This document shows, piece by piece, positions 1 to 9,206 of a DNA stretch of 33,344 nt (its first letter is position 1; each line of letters begins with the position of its first letter). The stretch covers positions 1-33,344 of the forward strand of contig CAYXLF010000001.1 in NCBI GenBank assembly GCA_964465815.1, written 5' to 3'. A program made the position numbers and the translations under genes. This DNA comes from an uncultured Candidatus Saccharibacteria bacterium (GTDB lineage: Bacteria > Patescibacteriota > Dojkabacteria > SC72). The notes under the pieces are model-generated. The model had not been told where the DNA came from. It made no database searches and saw nothing but the letters and a program-made list of their open reading frames with translations.

Positions 1-139
1 TTGAATATATTGGTATTTATTAATTTTATGAAATCTATATTTAATAAAATTAAAGAGAGTAATTCATTAAAAACCGCTATCACAGCGGGGTATTTCCATA
101 AAGTAGTTTAATAGGACCGATTAAATTTTAAATAGAAGC

Positions 140-1666
140 GTGATGGAAACATTAGCAATAATACTTGCTTCTGTCGTTGCTGCTGCAGGAGGATCAGTTG
201 CGCTGCTTAAATATGTATTTAAGTGGGTAAACGTAAATAAGATCCCTGAATCTGAAATAGAGGCAGCTGCGAAGAAGATGATGAGTAAGAAGTTCGAAGA
301 AGCAGAAGAAGAGCTAGCAGGCCTTAGAGAGCGTGAGGAGAAGCGATTAAAAGATATGAGGAGAGAGAATACAGAACATGAAGAGATCCTCATTGAGAGG
401 GAGAAAACTTTAAACAAAAGATCTAAGATCTTGGACGAAAAGAGTTCTGAACTAGAAAAGATGGATAGCGATCTTAAGGAAACCATGAAGCGAATGGAAG
501 ATTCTAGAGTTCAATTAAAAACAGAATTGGAGAAGATATCAGGTCTTTCCCGAGAGGAAGCTACTGAGAGATTGAAGAAGGAAATAGAGGAAGATTTAAA
601 AGGATATGAAGCTCAGAAGATCAGACAGGCAGAGAAAAATATCGAAGCTGTCGCAGACGAAAAAGCACAACATATTCTTGTTGAATCGATGCAGAGAGTA
701 GCAACTGACTATGTTGGTGAGACTACTACAAAGAGTATCAAGGTCGAAGATGAGAAAGTTAAAGGAAGAATTATCGGAAAAGAAGGTAGAAATATAAGAT
801 CATTTGAACAGATCACAGGTGTTGATGTCATCGTTGACGAATCTCCAACATCTATTGGCTTGTCATCATTTGATCCTTTGAGAAGAGAAATTGCATATGT
901 TGCAATGACCAAACTCATAGGTGACGGAAGAATTCATCCAGGTGCAATTGAGGAGTGTGTAAGAAAAGCTAAGAATGAGATTTCATTAGAAATTAAGAAA
1001 AATGGGCAGATATTAGCAGAAGAAGCTGGTTGGCCAGATATTGATATCGGATTGCTAAAACTCATCGGTAAGATGAAATACAGAACAAGCTACGGTCAGT
1101 CTTTGATGTCTCACACAATTGAAGTCATCAGATTAGCAGAAGTGCTAGCAGCCGAAGTTGGTGCCGATGTTGAATTGGTTAAACGTGCAGCATTGCTTCA
1201 TGATGTGGGAAAAGTGTTAACACATAAAATAGACTTGCCACATCACCATATCTCTGGACAGGTTGCAAGAAAGTATGTCCTTAGTGATAAACTCGTGAAT
1301 GCTATTGAAGCACACCATATGGATATTGAGCCAACATCTGTTGAAGCTGTGATCGTATATCTCGCAGATGCAATCTCAGGTGCTAGACCAGGTGCTAGAA
1401 AAGATAGCTATGAACAGTATATTCAGAGAATTGAGGGTATTGAGAATGCTGCGAAGGATGTAGCAGGCGATAAGATAGATGATGTCTTCGCGATTAGGGC
1501 AGGTAGAGAACTTCGTGTAATTGTTAAACCAATCTTGGTTTCAGACGATGAAGCTAAGGTCATGGCAAAGCAAATTGCACAAGCAATTGAGAAGACTCAA
1601 AGTTATCCTGGCAACGTGGAAGTGACTGTTATTAGGGAAACAAGAGCAATAGAGGTGGCTAGATAG
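140..1666 (+). CDS. rny: Ribonuclease Y (membrane-anchored, KH + HD domains)
   Basis: 508-aa ORF with an N-terminal hydrophobic anchor (LAIILASVVAAAGG) and an E/K-rich coiled coil. KH motif KGRIIGKEGRNIRSFEQITGVDVIVDE and HD motif LLHDVGK plus HH pairs are present. Confidence 0.93.
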   Translation: MMETLAIILASVVAAAGGSVALLKYVFKWVNVNKIPESEIEAAAKKMMSKKFEEAEEELAGLREREEKRLKDMRRENTEHEEILIEREKTLNKRSKILDEKSSELEKMDSDLKETMKRMEDSRVQLKTELEKISGLSREEATERLKKEIEEDLKGYEAQKIRQAEKNIEAVADEKAQHILVESMQRVATDYVGETTTKSIKVEDEKVKGRIIGKEGRNIRSFEQITGVDVIVDESPTSIGLSSFDPLRREIAYVAMTKLIGDGRIHPGAIEECVRKAKNEISLEIKKNGQILAEEAGWPDIDIGLLKLIGKMKYRTSYGQSLMSHTIEVIRLAEVLAAEVGADVELVKRAALLHDVGKVLTHKIDLPHHHISGQVARKYVLSDKLVNAIEAHHMDIEPTSVEAVIVYLADAISGARPGARKDSYEQYIQRIEGIENAAKDVAGDKIDDVFAIRAGRELRVIVKPILVSDDEAKVMAKQIAQAIEKTQSYPGNVEVTVIRETRAIEVAR

Positions 1667-1702
1667 CAATATTTAGCATAGCTTCTAGTTATGAATGCTA
1701 TA

Positions 1703-1734
1703 GGGGAAGAAGCTTAGTTTCTTCCCCTTTTTTA
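1703..1734 (+). terminator. Intrinsic terminator after rny
   Basis: 9-bp stem GGGGAAGAA (1703-1711) / TTCTTCCCC (1719-1727) with a 7-nt loop, followed by TTTTTT (1728-1733). Confidence 0.75.
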
Positions 1735-2049
1735 TTAATGTGCCACGGAAGTACGTAAAAAACTTGCAACAGCAATCATTTTGTGTAAATACTCGCGAAA
1801 CGCCGGTGCATTAGCATTTATGAGGTATCGTATAGCTGCTGACGGAAATTCTCTTAATAATATGATTACAAAGTTGTAACATTGAGAAACCTTAATATAC
1901 CAAAGTTTTTGATCAGCGCCACTTTCGCCCTGTAGTAAATAGAATGCTTGACGATTGCTTATATATAGCCTATTTTTAAGGTGGATATACACAAAGACTT
2001 AATTTAAAGCTTTTGTGCATAGTATCTCTTAAGAAAGGAGGTCATCGTC

Positions 2050-2319
2050 ATGTTAAAAAAAGATTTAGTTGATAAAATTGCATCAACAGGTTTAACAAAG
2101 AGACAAGCAGGTGATGCTTTGGACGCAGTCCTCGAGGCAATCTCTGGTTCTCTTAAAGATGGTGAACCTGTTCTTTTAACTGGTTTCGGTAAATTTGAAG
2201 TCAGAACAAGAGCTGCTAGAACTGGAATCAATCCAAAGACTCTTGCTAAGATCAAGTTACCTGCAACCAAAGTTCCAGCATTCAAACCTGGAAAAGCTTT
2301 GAAATCTGCAGTAAAGTAA
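2050..2319 (+). CDS. hup: HU family DNA-binding protein
   Basis: 89-aa ORF with the typical HU sequence (GFGKFEVRTRAARTGINPKT ... VPAFKPGKALK). AGGAGG Shine-Dalgarno lies about 8 nt upstream. Confidence 0.93.
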   Translation: MLKKDLVDKIASTGLTKRQAGDALDAVLEAISGSLKDGEPVLLTGFGKFEVRTRAARTGINPKTLAKIKLPATKVPAFKPGKALKSAVK

Positions 2320-2359
2320 GTGCCGCCGGCATTTCCTTGCAGATAAGGAAAATGGAGAA

Positions 2360-2381
2360 GGACTCGAAAGAGTCCTTTTTC
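2360..2381 (+). terminator. Intrinsic terminator after hup
   Basis: GGACTC-GAAA-GAGTCC hairpin followed by TTTTT. Confidence 0.75.
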
Positions 2382-2444
2382 GTTATAAAGGCTCGACTAT
2401 TTGAAATAAATACTTTAAACTAGGGAAGTATATACAATGCCCAT

Positions 2445-3812
2445 ATGAAGAACTTCTTTATTCCAACTCAAAAAAACAGATACAAACCATACTTACTTCG
2501 AAAAGTGGCTTTGGTAGCATATTCTATTCTCATAGTTTTTGTTAATAGCTTTGGAGGTATTTTTGGCATAAGTAAAGTGGAAGCGAGTTCCATATCCATT
2601 GGGAATATTATCAATCTGACCAATCAAGAGAGAACGGCAAGTGGACTTAATGCATTAAATGAAAATTCACAACTGGATGCCGCAGCGTTGGCTAAAGCAA
2701 ATAATATGTTTGAGCAACAGTACTGGGATCACTTCGGACCCAACGGAGAGACTCCATGGCAGTTCATAAGGGCAGAAGGGTACAATTATGTCTATGCAGG
2801 CGAGAACCTTGCAAAAGGCTTCCAGACGGCGGAGGGAGTGCATGAGGCATGGATGGCAAGCCCAACACATGCTGCCAATATCATGAGTGGAAATTATAAG
2901 GATATAGGTGTGGCAGTAGTACAAGGCGTTCTTTTAGGAAAGCAAACAACTCTTGTAGTACAGATGTTTGGTAATTTAACAACAAGTGTCGCTGGAACCT
3001 CTACATCTGGAAGTACCAAATCTTCTAGTGGAACAGTGGTGGGTAATGAACACGGCGAGATCAAAAGTATAAGAATAACATCACCAGTACAATCCTCCAT
3101 ATCTACAGATCCTAGCCTAAATATTCAGGGGGAGACGGTAAATGTATCGGGAGAGTATGTTGTCGAAGTGTTAGATAACTCTGCGGTTGTTGGCGAGACA
3201 TCTTCTAGTGGAAATAGCTGGGAGTATGACAAATCTGGGGATTGGGCAGAGGGGGAGCATGTTCTAAAAGCTCAGGTTAAAGGAGAGAATGTTGTTTCTC
3301 CTGAGATTAGCTTTTCCATTGATTCTACTGCACCAGTTGTAGATCTTGCATCGATAACTGTTAACAAAAATCCCGATTCATATACATTGGCATTCCAGAT
3401 TGACAATACATGGACGGATCTTCGTATAGTCAATGGCGCGAATACAATCACGATTACGTCGGAAGACAAAGAAAATATCACAGTTGAAATACCATCAAGT
3501 GGATTAGGAACAAAAATTGTCATTATGGCTTCAGATATCCTAGGTAACGTCTCTCAGACTGATATTACAGAGTATTTTAAAACCGATAATGAAAAGACAA
3601 ATATAATCTTAAGTCTTCTTAACGCAAATATAGGAGACCAAATAAGTGTAGGTATTGTAATTCTGATATTTGTATTACTATGTCTTGAAACTTTTGTATA
3701 CTGGAAGAAAGGCAAATTGAAAGAAATGGTTGGAGATCTGTTTACGATTGGTGCATGGTGGCTAATATTAACGGTTGCAATATTTAATGGATTTACTGGT
3801 TTAATTAACTAA
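2445..3812 (+). CDS. CAP/SCP (YkwD-like) domain exoprotein with N- and C-terminal membrane segments
   Basis: 455-aa ORF with an N-terminal TM helix. The CAP-domain core reads NQERTASGLNAL ... HFGPNGETPWQF ... YAGENLAKG ... AWMASPTHAANI ... YKDIGVAV. An S/T-rich beta-rich region and hydrophobic C-terminal helices follow. Confidence 0.75.
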   Translation: MKNFFIPTQKNRYKPYLLRKVALVAYSILIVFVNSFGGIFGISKVEASSISIGNIINLTNQERTASGLNALNENSQLDAAALAKANNMFEQQYWDHFGPNGETPWQFIRAEGYNYVYAGENLAKGFQTAEGVHEAWMASPTHAANIMSGNYKDIGVAVVQGVLLGKQTTLVVQMFGNLTTSVAGTSTSGSTKSSSGTVVGNEHGEIKSIRITSPVQSSISTDPSLNIQGETVNVSGEYVVEVLDNSAVVGETSSSGNSWEYDKSGDWAEGEHVLKAQVKGENVVSPEISFSIDSTAPVVDLASITVNKNPDSYTLAFQIDNTWTDLRIVNGANTITITSEDKENITVEIPSSGLGTKIVIMASDILGNVSQTDITEYFKTDNEKTNIILSLLNANIGDQISVGIVILIFVLLCLETFVYWKKGKLKEMVGDLFTIGAWWLILTVAIFNGFTGLIN

Positions 3813-3823
3813 AACACTGCCCA

Positions 3824-4621
3824 GTGAAAAAATATAGATTAAAAGTACAAAATGATTTAGCCTATTTATTCATGCTTCTGGTTTTGACAGAATTTTTTAA
3901 CTATCTTGTTCCAATAACGAGAGATTTTACATTGATATTAACTGGTGTCATGGGAGTCTTACTTTTGGAAACTTGGTTTGTTAGAGCATTTGGAAAATAT
4001 TCCGGGAAGAAAATTTCTAAATACAGTGATGTTATCGTGCGAATATCGTTAAAAGAAAGATTCTTTAGTTATTTTGTTCTTCCTGCAATTTTTTATTCTT
4101 CTATCCTTGCGTTTTTGTATTTCAATAGAAATATGGTTTTAGGGCATGTAGTATTAGGCGTTTGCATGGTCTTGTTCCTGGTACTCTTCCTAAATGTTAA
4201 AAGCTCCTTAAACAAAATATATTCTGTTGCAAATGCGACTAGAGCAATATTTGATTTCATATGTATAACAATTCTTTATCTGTTGGTTAATGTTTATATA
4301 AGGGTTGGCATTTCTCTGACAATCTTTTCTCTCCTTGTATTTGTATCTGCATTTGTATTATTAATTTTCTCGCTAAAATTGCATAGACGAATTGGTGTAA
4401 TAGAGTTAGGTATATCTATGCTAAGCTCTTTGTTTATTGCTCTCTTAACCGCGATATTCTGGAATACAAATATTTTTGTAATTCCATTAATTAGCACCTT
4501 AGCTTTCTATTTAGTTATATCTATATGGAACATTAGATTTGCAGGAAAGATACACCTTGTTGATTACATCTTGCCATTTTTGTATGTAATACTTGCATTA
4601 ACACTAATATTAACGCTATGA
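3824..4621 (+). CDS. Polytopic membrane protein, unknown function
   Basis: 265-aa ORF with a GTG start and about 7 hydrophobic helices. No recognisable catalytic motif. Its stop overlaps the next start (ATGA). Confidence 0.6.
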   Translation: MKKYRLKVQNDLAYLFMLLVLTEFFNYLVPITRDFTLILTGVMGVLLLETWFVRAFGKYSGKKISKYSDVIVRISLKERFFSYFVLPAIFYSSILAFLYFNRNMVLGHVVLGVCMVLFLVLFLNVKSSLNKIYSVANATRAIFDFICITILYLLVNVYIRVGISLTIFSLLVFVSAFVLLIFSLKLHRRIGVIELGISMLSSLFIALLTAIFWNTNIFVIPLISTLAFYLVISIWNIRFAGKIHLVDYILPFLYVILALTLILTL

Positions 4622-5322
4622 CAGATAAAAAAATTGTACTAAAGATAGGGGGCTCAGTGCTCTTTGATGATGATTTAAATATCAATTTCCAACTATTAGA
4701 GAAAGTAAAACAATGGTATTGGCATACGATTCCTTCAGTTGAAAAATTGGCCATAATAGTTGGAGGTGGTCGTCTTTCCAGAGAGATACAGGCAAAGATG
4801 AATGGTGAGATTTCGAATCAGGACGCCTTGCACACTGTGGCAATGCAAGTAACTCAAACCAATGCTGCTTTAGTTCAAGGGTATCTTAATGACTCTTCCT
4901 CGTATTTGCCGAAAAAACTAGGAGATGCTTATGAATTTTTACAGGATAGTAGAAACAAGGCATTAGTTAGTGGTGGATTAAAAGTTGGTTGGAGTACAGA
5001 TATGGATGCTGCAGTTTTTGCGAATATTTTAGGAGTCTCACAGGTGTCCAAACTTTCAAATATTGATTATGTGTATGACCATGATCCAAATACTGATCCA
5101 GATGCTAAAGCTATAAAAGATTTAACATGGGATGAATATTACAAGATTTTCGGAATTACTGATGGTGATGGCCATATAGCGAACACAAGTATGCCAATAG
5201 ATGCTACATGTGCTCAGTTTTGTGCAAAGAAAGACATCTCCTTTTTCATTTGTGGTGGAAAGAATCTGGTAGCTAAGAACAACATAGATGAAATTCTCGC
5301 GGAAGGCACCCTAATACACTAA
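4618..5322 (+). CDS. pyrH: UMP kinase, archaeal-type (amino-acid kinase fold)
   Basis: 234-aa ORF. Motifs KIGGSVL, VGGGRLSR, GGLKVGWSTDMDAA, NIDYVYDHDPNTDPDAKAI and the length match the short archaeal-type UMPK layout. Confidence 0.7.
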   Translation: MTDKKIVLKIGGSVLFDDDLNINFQLLEKVKQWYWHTIPSVEKLAIIVGGGRLSREIQAKMNGEISNQDALHTVAMQVTQTNAALVQGYLNDSSSYLPKKLGDAYEFLQDSRNKALVSGGLKVGWSTDMDAAVFANILGVSQVSKLSNIDYVYDHDPNTDPDAKAIKDLTWDEYYKIFGITDGDGHIANTSMPIDATCAQFCAKKDISFFICGGKNLVAKNNIDEILAEGTLIH

Positions 5323-5786
5323 TCAATAGCTTGGACTACATATCTTGTATCACCTTTTGGTGTAGAGATTGTAACTTCTGCACCTAATTTCTTTCCCATT
5401 ATGGCTTCTCCAATGGGGGATAGATGAGAGATTTTTCCTTCTAATGGATTTGCCTCGTCTTCACTCGTGATTTCATACTTAATGTCTCTTTGTCCCTTTA
5501 ATGTGACTATATCTCCTATACCAACTATACTTTTATTTTTGTCTGTGACAACTTTTGCAGATTTGATTTTATCCTTAAGTTCAAGAATTTTTTCTTCATT
5601 AATCTGTTGTTCTTCGATAGCCATGGAATAAGCGTCATTCTCGCGTAAGTCTCCCTGATTTCGCATTTCATTTAGGGTATTTGCGATCTTCGCTCTTAGG
5701 ATCTCCTCTCGCTCTTTGAGCTCATCCTTTAGTTTTTTAAGTCCGGACAGTGTTGTCTGATATATGTTTTCACTCATATCTGACAT
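5319..5786 (-). CDS. greA: Transcription elongation factor GreA
   Basis: 155-aa ORF with a coiled-coil N-terminus carrying the canonical tip GDLRENDAY. The C-terminal globular domain reads ISHLSPIGEAIMGKKLGAEV. Confidence 0.9.
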   Translation of the reverse strand: MSDMSENIYQTTLSGLKKLKDELKEREEILRAKIANTLNEMRNQGDLRENDAYSMAIEEQQINEEKILELKDKIKSAKVVTDKNKSIVGIGDIVTLKGQRDIKYEITSEDEANPLEGKISHLSPIGEAIMGKKLGAEVTISTPKGDTRYVVQAID

Positions 5787-5830
5787 CGCTGAATTTAATG
5801 GAAAAACATGATATTACTATGAGTATATGA

Positions 5831-5858
5831 TGTCAATAGGGAGAAAATATGATAGAAT
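5831..5858 (+). promoter_or_regulatory. Putative promoter for tRNA-Glu (extended -10)
   Basis: TGTCAA (5831-5836), a 16-nt spacer ending in TGa, then TAGAAT (5853-5858). It sits about 22 nt upstream of the tRNA. Confidence 0.45.
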
Positions 5859-5880
5859 TACACCCGTAATTATGAGTTAT

Positions 5881-5955
5881 GCCGCTATCGTCTAACGGTT
5901 AGGACATAGGATTCTCAATCCTACAATCGGAGTTCGATTCTCCGTGGCGGTACCA
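5881..5955 (+). tRNA. tRNA-Glu (anticodon CUC), CCA encoded
   Basis: Manual cloverleaf. Acceptor GCCGCTA/TGGCGGT has G1.U72 and U6.G67 wobbles. D arm is GTCT-AACGGTTA-GGAC. Anticodon arm is TAGGA-TTCTCAA-TCCTA. T arm is CGGAG-TTCGATT-CTCCG, followed by ACCA. Confidence 0.85.
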
Positions 5956-5977
5956 TATTTAAACATAATATTTCCCA

Positions 5978-6613
5978 ATGGCAAAAGTTTTTAACATTAC
6001 AGCATCGATGAATGAAAAAGTTGAAGAATTTTATAAAGAGGCAGTCAAAGAATTAGAAAAATTCTATGAACTTGGCTGGAATCAGAATCCTCCTAAAATC
6101 TATCTTGTTCCAGATAGAAAAACATTCAATGAGTTATATAACAAGGAAACCGAAGCTTGGGTGGTTGGAACAACAATGAGCTCGAATAATGTTTTTTATG
6201 TGTTGTCTCCGGAATCTTATGAAAATGAAAGTAATCATACGTATTCGGATGAAGAATATTTCAGATTAATAAAACATGAATTAAGTCATCTTTATTCAAA
6301 GAAACTATTCGATAGCTATAAACCTATTTGGTTTAATGAAGGGATAGCGATATATACTTCGGGACAAAATGTTGTTAAAACTAAACCACAAAAATTTGTC
6401 AAATTCATGGATTTCTTTGATAAAGGTGGTGGTGGTGTATATGCCGAATCAGGATTCGCGGTAGAAATTTTAATCAAAGAAATAGGTAAAGAGAAATTTT
6501 TAAAGATGTTAGAAAAAATAGAGTTACCCGTTACGGAGGAATCATTTAAAAATCATTTTAAAAAGAATTTTAATATTGATTTAACTTATGATTGGTTTAA
6601 TGAAAGACTATGA
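5978..6613 (+). CDS. Putative zinc metallopeptidase (HExxH, gluzincin-like)
   Basis: 211-aa ORF with HELSH followed by WFNEGIAIY, a possible third-ligand Glu. No signal peptide is evident. Confidence 0.5.
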   Translation: MAKVFNITASMNEKVEEFYKEAVKELEKFYELGWNQNPPKIYLVPDRKTFNELYNKETEAWVVGTTMSSNNVFYVLSPESYENESNHTYSDEEYFRLIKHELSHLYSKKLFDSYKPIWFNEGIAIYTSGQNVVKTKPQKFVKFMDFFDKGGGGVYAESGFAVEILIKEIGKEKFLKMLEKIELPVTEESFKNHFKKNFNIDLTYDWFNERL

Positions 6614-7251
6614 AATTTGATATCATCACAATCTTCCCTAATATCGTGGAGGAATATATAAATACGGGAATAGTAGGAACTGCCAAGGGAAGAGGAGTCG
6701 TGGAGATCAATGTGCATAACCTTAGGAAATGGACCACAGACAAGCATCAAAGTGTAGATGATACCCCCTGTGGTGGTGGCCCAGGAATGATCATGAGGAT
6801 AGAACCAATATATGCAGCTATACAGGAATTAAAACAGAAAGATACCATTGTGGCCATAACTACTCCTAAAGGACGAAAATTAGAACAGAAAGATCTTAAG
6901 AACTTTTCTGAGCAAAAAGAGCTCCATATGATCATCTTGTGCGGAAGATACGAAGGATTTGACCAGAGAATACATGAGCATCTGGTAGACTACGAATTCT
7001 CCATAGGAGACTATGTACTCTCTGGAGGAGAGTTGGCATCCCTTGTCCTAGTAGACGGTGTTACTAGGCTTCTTCCTGGAGCTTTGGGTAACGAAGAATC
7101 TTTAGTAGATGAATCATTTAATGACGGTACGACTTTGGATTACCCGCAGTATACCCGACCAATTGAATTCAATGGATGGAAAGTCCCAGAAATACTTTTA
7201 ACAGGAGATCATGAAAAAATTAAAAAATGGAGAGAGTCTCAGAGAGGGTAA
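6610..7251 (+). CDS. trmD: tRNA (guanine37-N1)-methyltransferase TrmD
   Basis: 213-aa ORF with MKFDIITIFPN, DDTPCGGGPGM, CGRYEGFDQR and GDYVLSGGE. ATGA overlap with the upstream gene. Confidence 0.93.
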   Translation: MKFDIITIFPNIVEEYINTGIVGTAKGRGVVEINVHNLRKWTTDKHQSVDDTPCGGGPGMIMRIEPIYAAIQELKQKDTIVAITTPKGRKLEQKDLKNFSEQKELHMIILCGRYEGFDQRIHEHLVDYEFSIGDYVLSGGELASLVLVDGVTRLLPGALGNEESLVDESFNDGTTLDYPQYTRPIEFNGWKVPEILLTGDHEKIKKWRESQRG

Positions 7252-7273
7252 ATAGGCGATTCTTGAGGGATGG

Positions 7274-7302
7274 TTTGCACAGCAATTTCAGTCATATATA
7301 AT
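7274..7302 (+). promoter_or_regulatory. Putative sigma70-type promoter for the greA paralog
   Basis: TTTGCA (7274-7279), 17-nt spacer, TATAAT (7297-7302). Confidence 0.5.
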
Positions 7303-7339
7303 ATACTATAGAGTGGGTTTAAATTAAGAACCTATCACT

Positions 7340-7810
7340 ATGAAAGAAAAAGAAAAAATTTTACTTACGAAAAAGAAGAAAGAAGAGTTAGAGCAAGAGC
7401 TTAGTGATTTAGAAAACATTAAGAAACCTGAACTCTCAAGTAATCTTGCAGCTGCCAGGCAAAACGATTTGAGTGAGGATACCGACGATTTGAGTATAAT
7501 ACTTGTTGAGAAGGAGGTGATTGAGAATAGAATTGCGGAGCTTAAAGCAATACTATCTAAGGCTAAAATCTTTATCAAAAGAGTTTGTACTCCACAAAAG
7601 ATTGATATAGGGTCTAAAGTATCGGTTGAATTCAAAGGCAAAAAGCAGATGATGACGATTGTTGACCAATTAGAGGCAGATCCTCTTAAAGGCTATATCT
7701 CAGATCACTCACCTTTGGGAAAGGCTTTAATGAAGTCTAAGGTAGGGCAGACTGTAACAATCAAGGTTAGTGGAAAAACTGTAGAATACAAAGTGCTAGA
7801 GATTTGCTAG
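7340..7810 (+). CDS. GreA-family transcription factor, divergent paralog
   Basis: 156-aa ORF of the same length and layout as GreA. The tip motif is altered to NDLSEDTDD. The C-terminal domain reads ISDHSPLGKALMKSKVGQTV. Confidence 0.8.
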   Translation: MKEKEKILLTKKKKEELEQELSDLENIKKPELSSNLAAARQNDLSEDTDDLSIILVEKEVIENRIAELKAILSKAKIFIKRVCTPQKIDIGSKVSVEFKGKKQMMTIVDQLEADPLKGYISDHSPLGKALMKSKVGQTVTIKVSGKTVEYKVLEIC

Positions 7811-9079
7811 CTCTTCGATACTTACACGTTTCTGTTCCATTGTGTCCCTGTCTCTTACTGTGACGGTATTGTCTTCCAATGTCTGGTAATCGACAGTTAT
7901 ACAATATGGAGTACCAATCTCATCTTGGTATCTATATCTTTTCCCGATATTTCCTCTTGCATCCCATACTACTTTCTTAGTATCTGTTAATTTCTCGAAT
8001 ATATCTCTCGCCTTACTTACGATCTCAGGTTTGTTAGAAACCAATGGGAATACTGCAGCCTTGTATGCGGCGATCTCAGGATTAATTTTTAATACTGTTC
8101 TAATCTCTCCATTTGCAAGTGCCTCTTCCTCATACGAGTCTAGTAGGAGGAACAAAAATGTCCTATCTACACCACCAGAAGTCTCAACAATGTGAGGGAT
8201 ATATTTCTCACCAGTCTGAGGATCGGTATATGAAAGATCTTTTCCGGAGAATTTACTATGCTGTGTAAGATCATAATCAGATCTCCAATGAATACCTTCG
8301 TTTTCAGCCCAACCCCATGGTGCTAAATATTCAATATCAAATGCTTTTTTTGCATAGAAAACTAATTTGTCTTGTGGATGCTCATAGAATCTCAGATTCT
8401 CATGTTTTCGGTAGAGATTTTTGTAGAAATTCATTCTCTCATTCTTCCAATATTCAAAGGCTTCTTCCATCATGGATGGATGTACAAAGTATTGAAGATC
8501 CCACTGCTCAAACTCTCTTGTTCTAAATGTGAATTTGTTAGGTGTAATCTCGTTTCTGAATGCTTTACCGATCTGTGCGATACCAAAAGGAATCTGTTGC
8601 CTGGTGGAATCTACAACATTCTTAAAATCTAAATAAATGGTCTGACAAGCCTCACCTCTTAAATACGCAGGAACCTTGTCTCCCTCTACAACACCAATCT
8701 CGGTATTGAAGAGTAAGTTGTATTTTCGAGCCTCTGTGAAATCGGTACCACCACATCTTGGACATTTACCTTCTACATCTTCCGGTCTGAATCTTGCATG
8801 ACAATTCTTACATTCAACAGCTTCATCGCCGAAGCTTTTAACATGGCCCGACGCTTCCCAAACCTTTGGATGAGTGATAATGGTACCATCTATGCCAACG
8901 ACATTCTCTCGCTTGTCTACCATATTCTTCCACCAATACCTCTTGAGATTGTTTTTCATCTCAACACCTACTGGACCATAGTCATAGAATCCTCCTACGC
9001 CACCATATATCTCAGAATTCTGAAATATTATGCCTCTTCTTTTGCAAAGAGATGTGACTTTTTGTAACAGGTCTTCCAT
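7796..9079 (-). CDS. glyQS: Glycine--tRNA ligase (alpha2 class II type)
   Basis: 427-aa ORF with RGIIFQNSEIYGG, FRNEITP and GGVDR motifs, a CxxC...CxxC insertion and a C-terminal anticodon-binding domain. Confidence 0.92.
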   Translation of the reverse strand: MEDLLQKVTSLCKRRGIIFQNSEIYGGVGGFYDYGPVGVEMKNNLKRYWWKNMVDKRENVVGIDGTIITHPKVWEASGHVKSFGDEAVECKNCHARFRPEDVEGKCPRCGGTDFTEARKYNLLFNTEIGVVEGDKVPAYLRGEACQTIYLDFKNVVDSTRQQIPFGIAQIGKAFRNEITPNKFTFRTREFEQWDLQYFVHPSMMEEAFEYWKNERMNFYKNLYRKHENLRFYEHPQDKLVFYAKKAFDIEYLAPWGWAENEGIHWRSDYDLTQHSKFSGKDLSYTDPQTGEKYIPHIVETSGGVDRTFLFLLLDSYEEEALANGEIRTVLKINPEIAAYKAAVFPLVSNKPEIVSKARDIFEKLTDTKKVVWDARGNIGKRYRYQDEIGTPYCITVDYQTLEDNTVTVRDRDTMEQKRVSIEELANL

Positions 9080-9206
9080 TGGTATTAGGATGAAATTATT
9101 ATTACCGATTATATCTTAATTGTACCAGTGGACACAATCATGATGTATCAGTATTTTGACTATACTATTTGACATAGTTTGGGATATTGCATACGATTAA
9201 ACATTT

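Noticed and set aside
72-95. CCGCT-atcac-AGCGG hairpin upstream of rny
   Set aside because: The stem is only 5 bp. The T-run lies on the minus strand, where no gene would be terminated, so it is too weak and ambiguous to call.
121-486. 121-aa minus-strand ORF antisense to rny
   Set aside because: It is Ser/Leu-rich low-complexity sequence produced by reading the E/K-rich coiled-coil codons in reverse. It lies entirely inside a confidently identified gene.
1735-1992. 85-aa minus-strand ORF in the rny-hup gap
   Set aside because: It has no Shine-Dalgarno and an odd composition, and its 3' end abuts the rny terminator (1703-1734). It is kept only as part of the note on the long non-coding gap.
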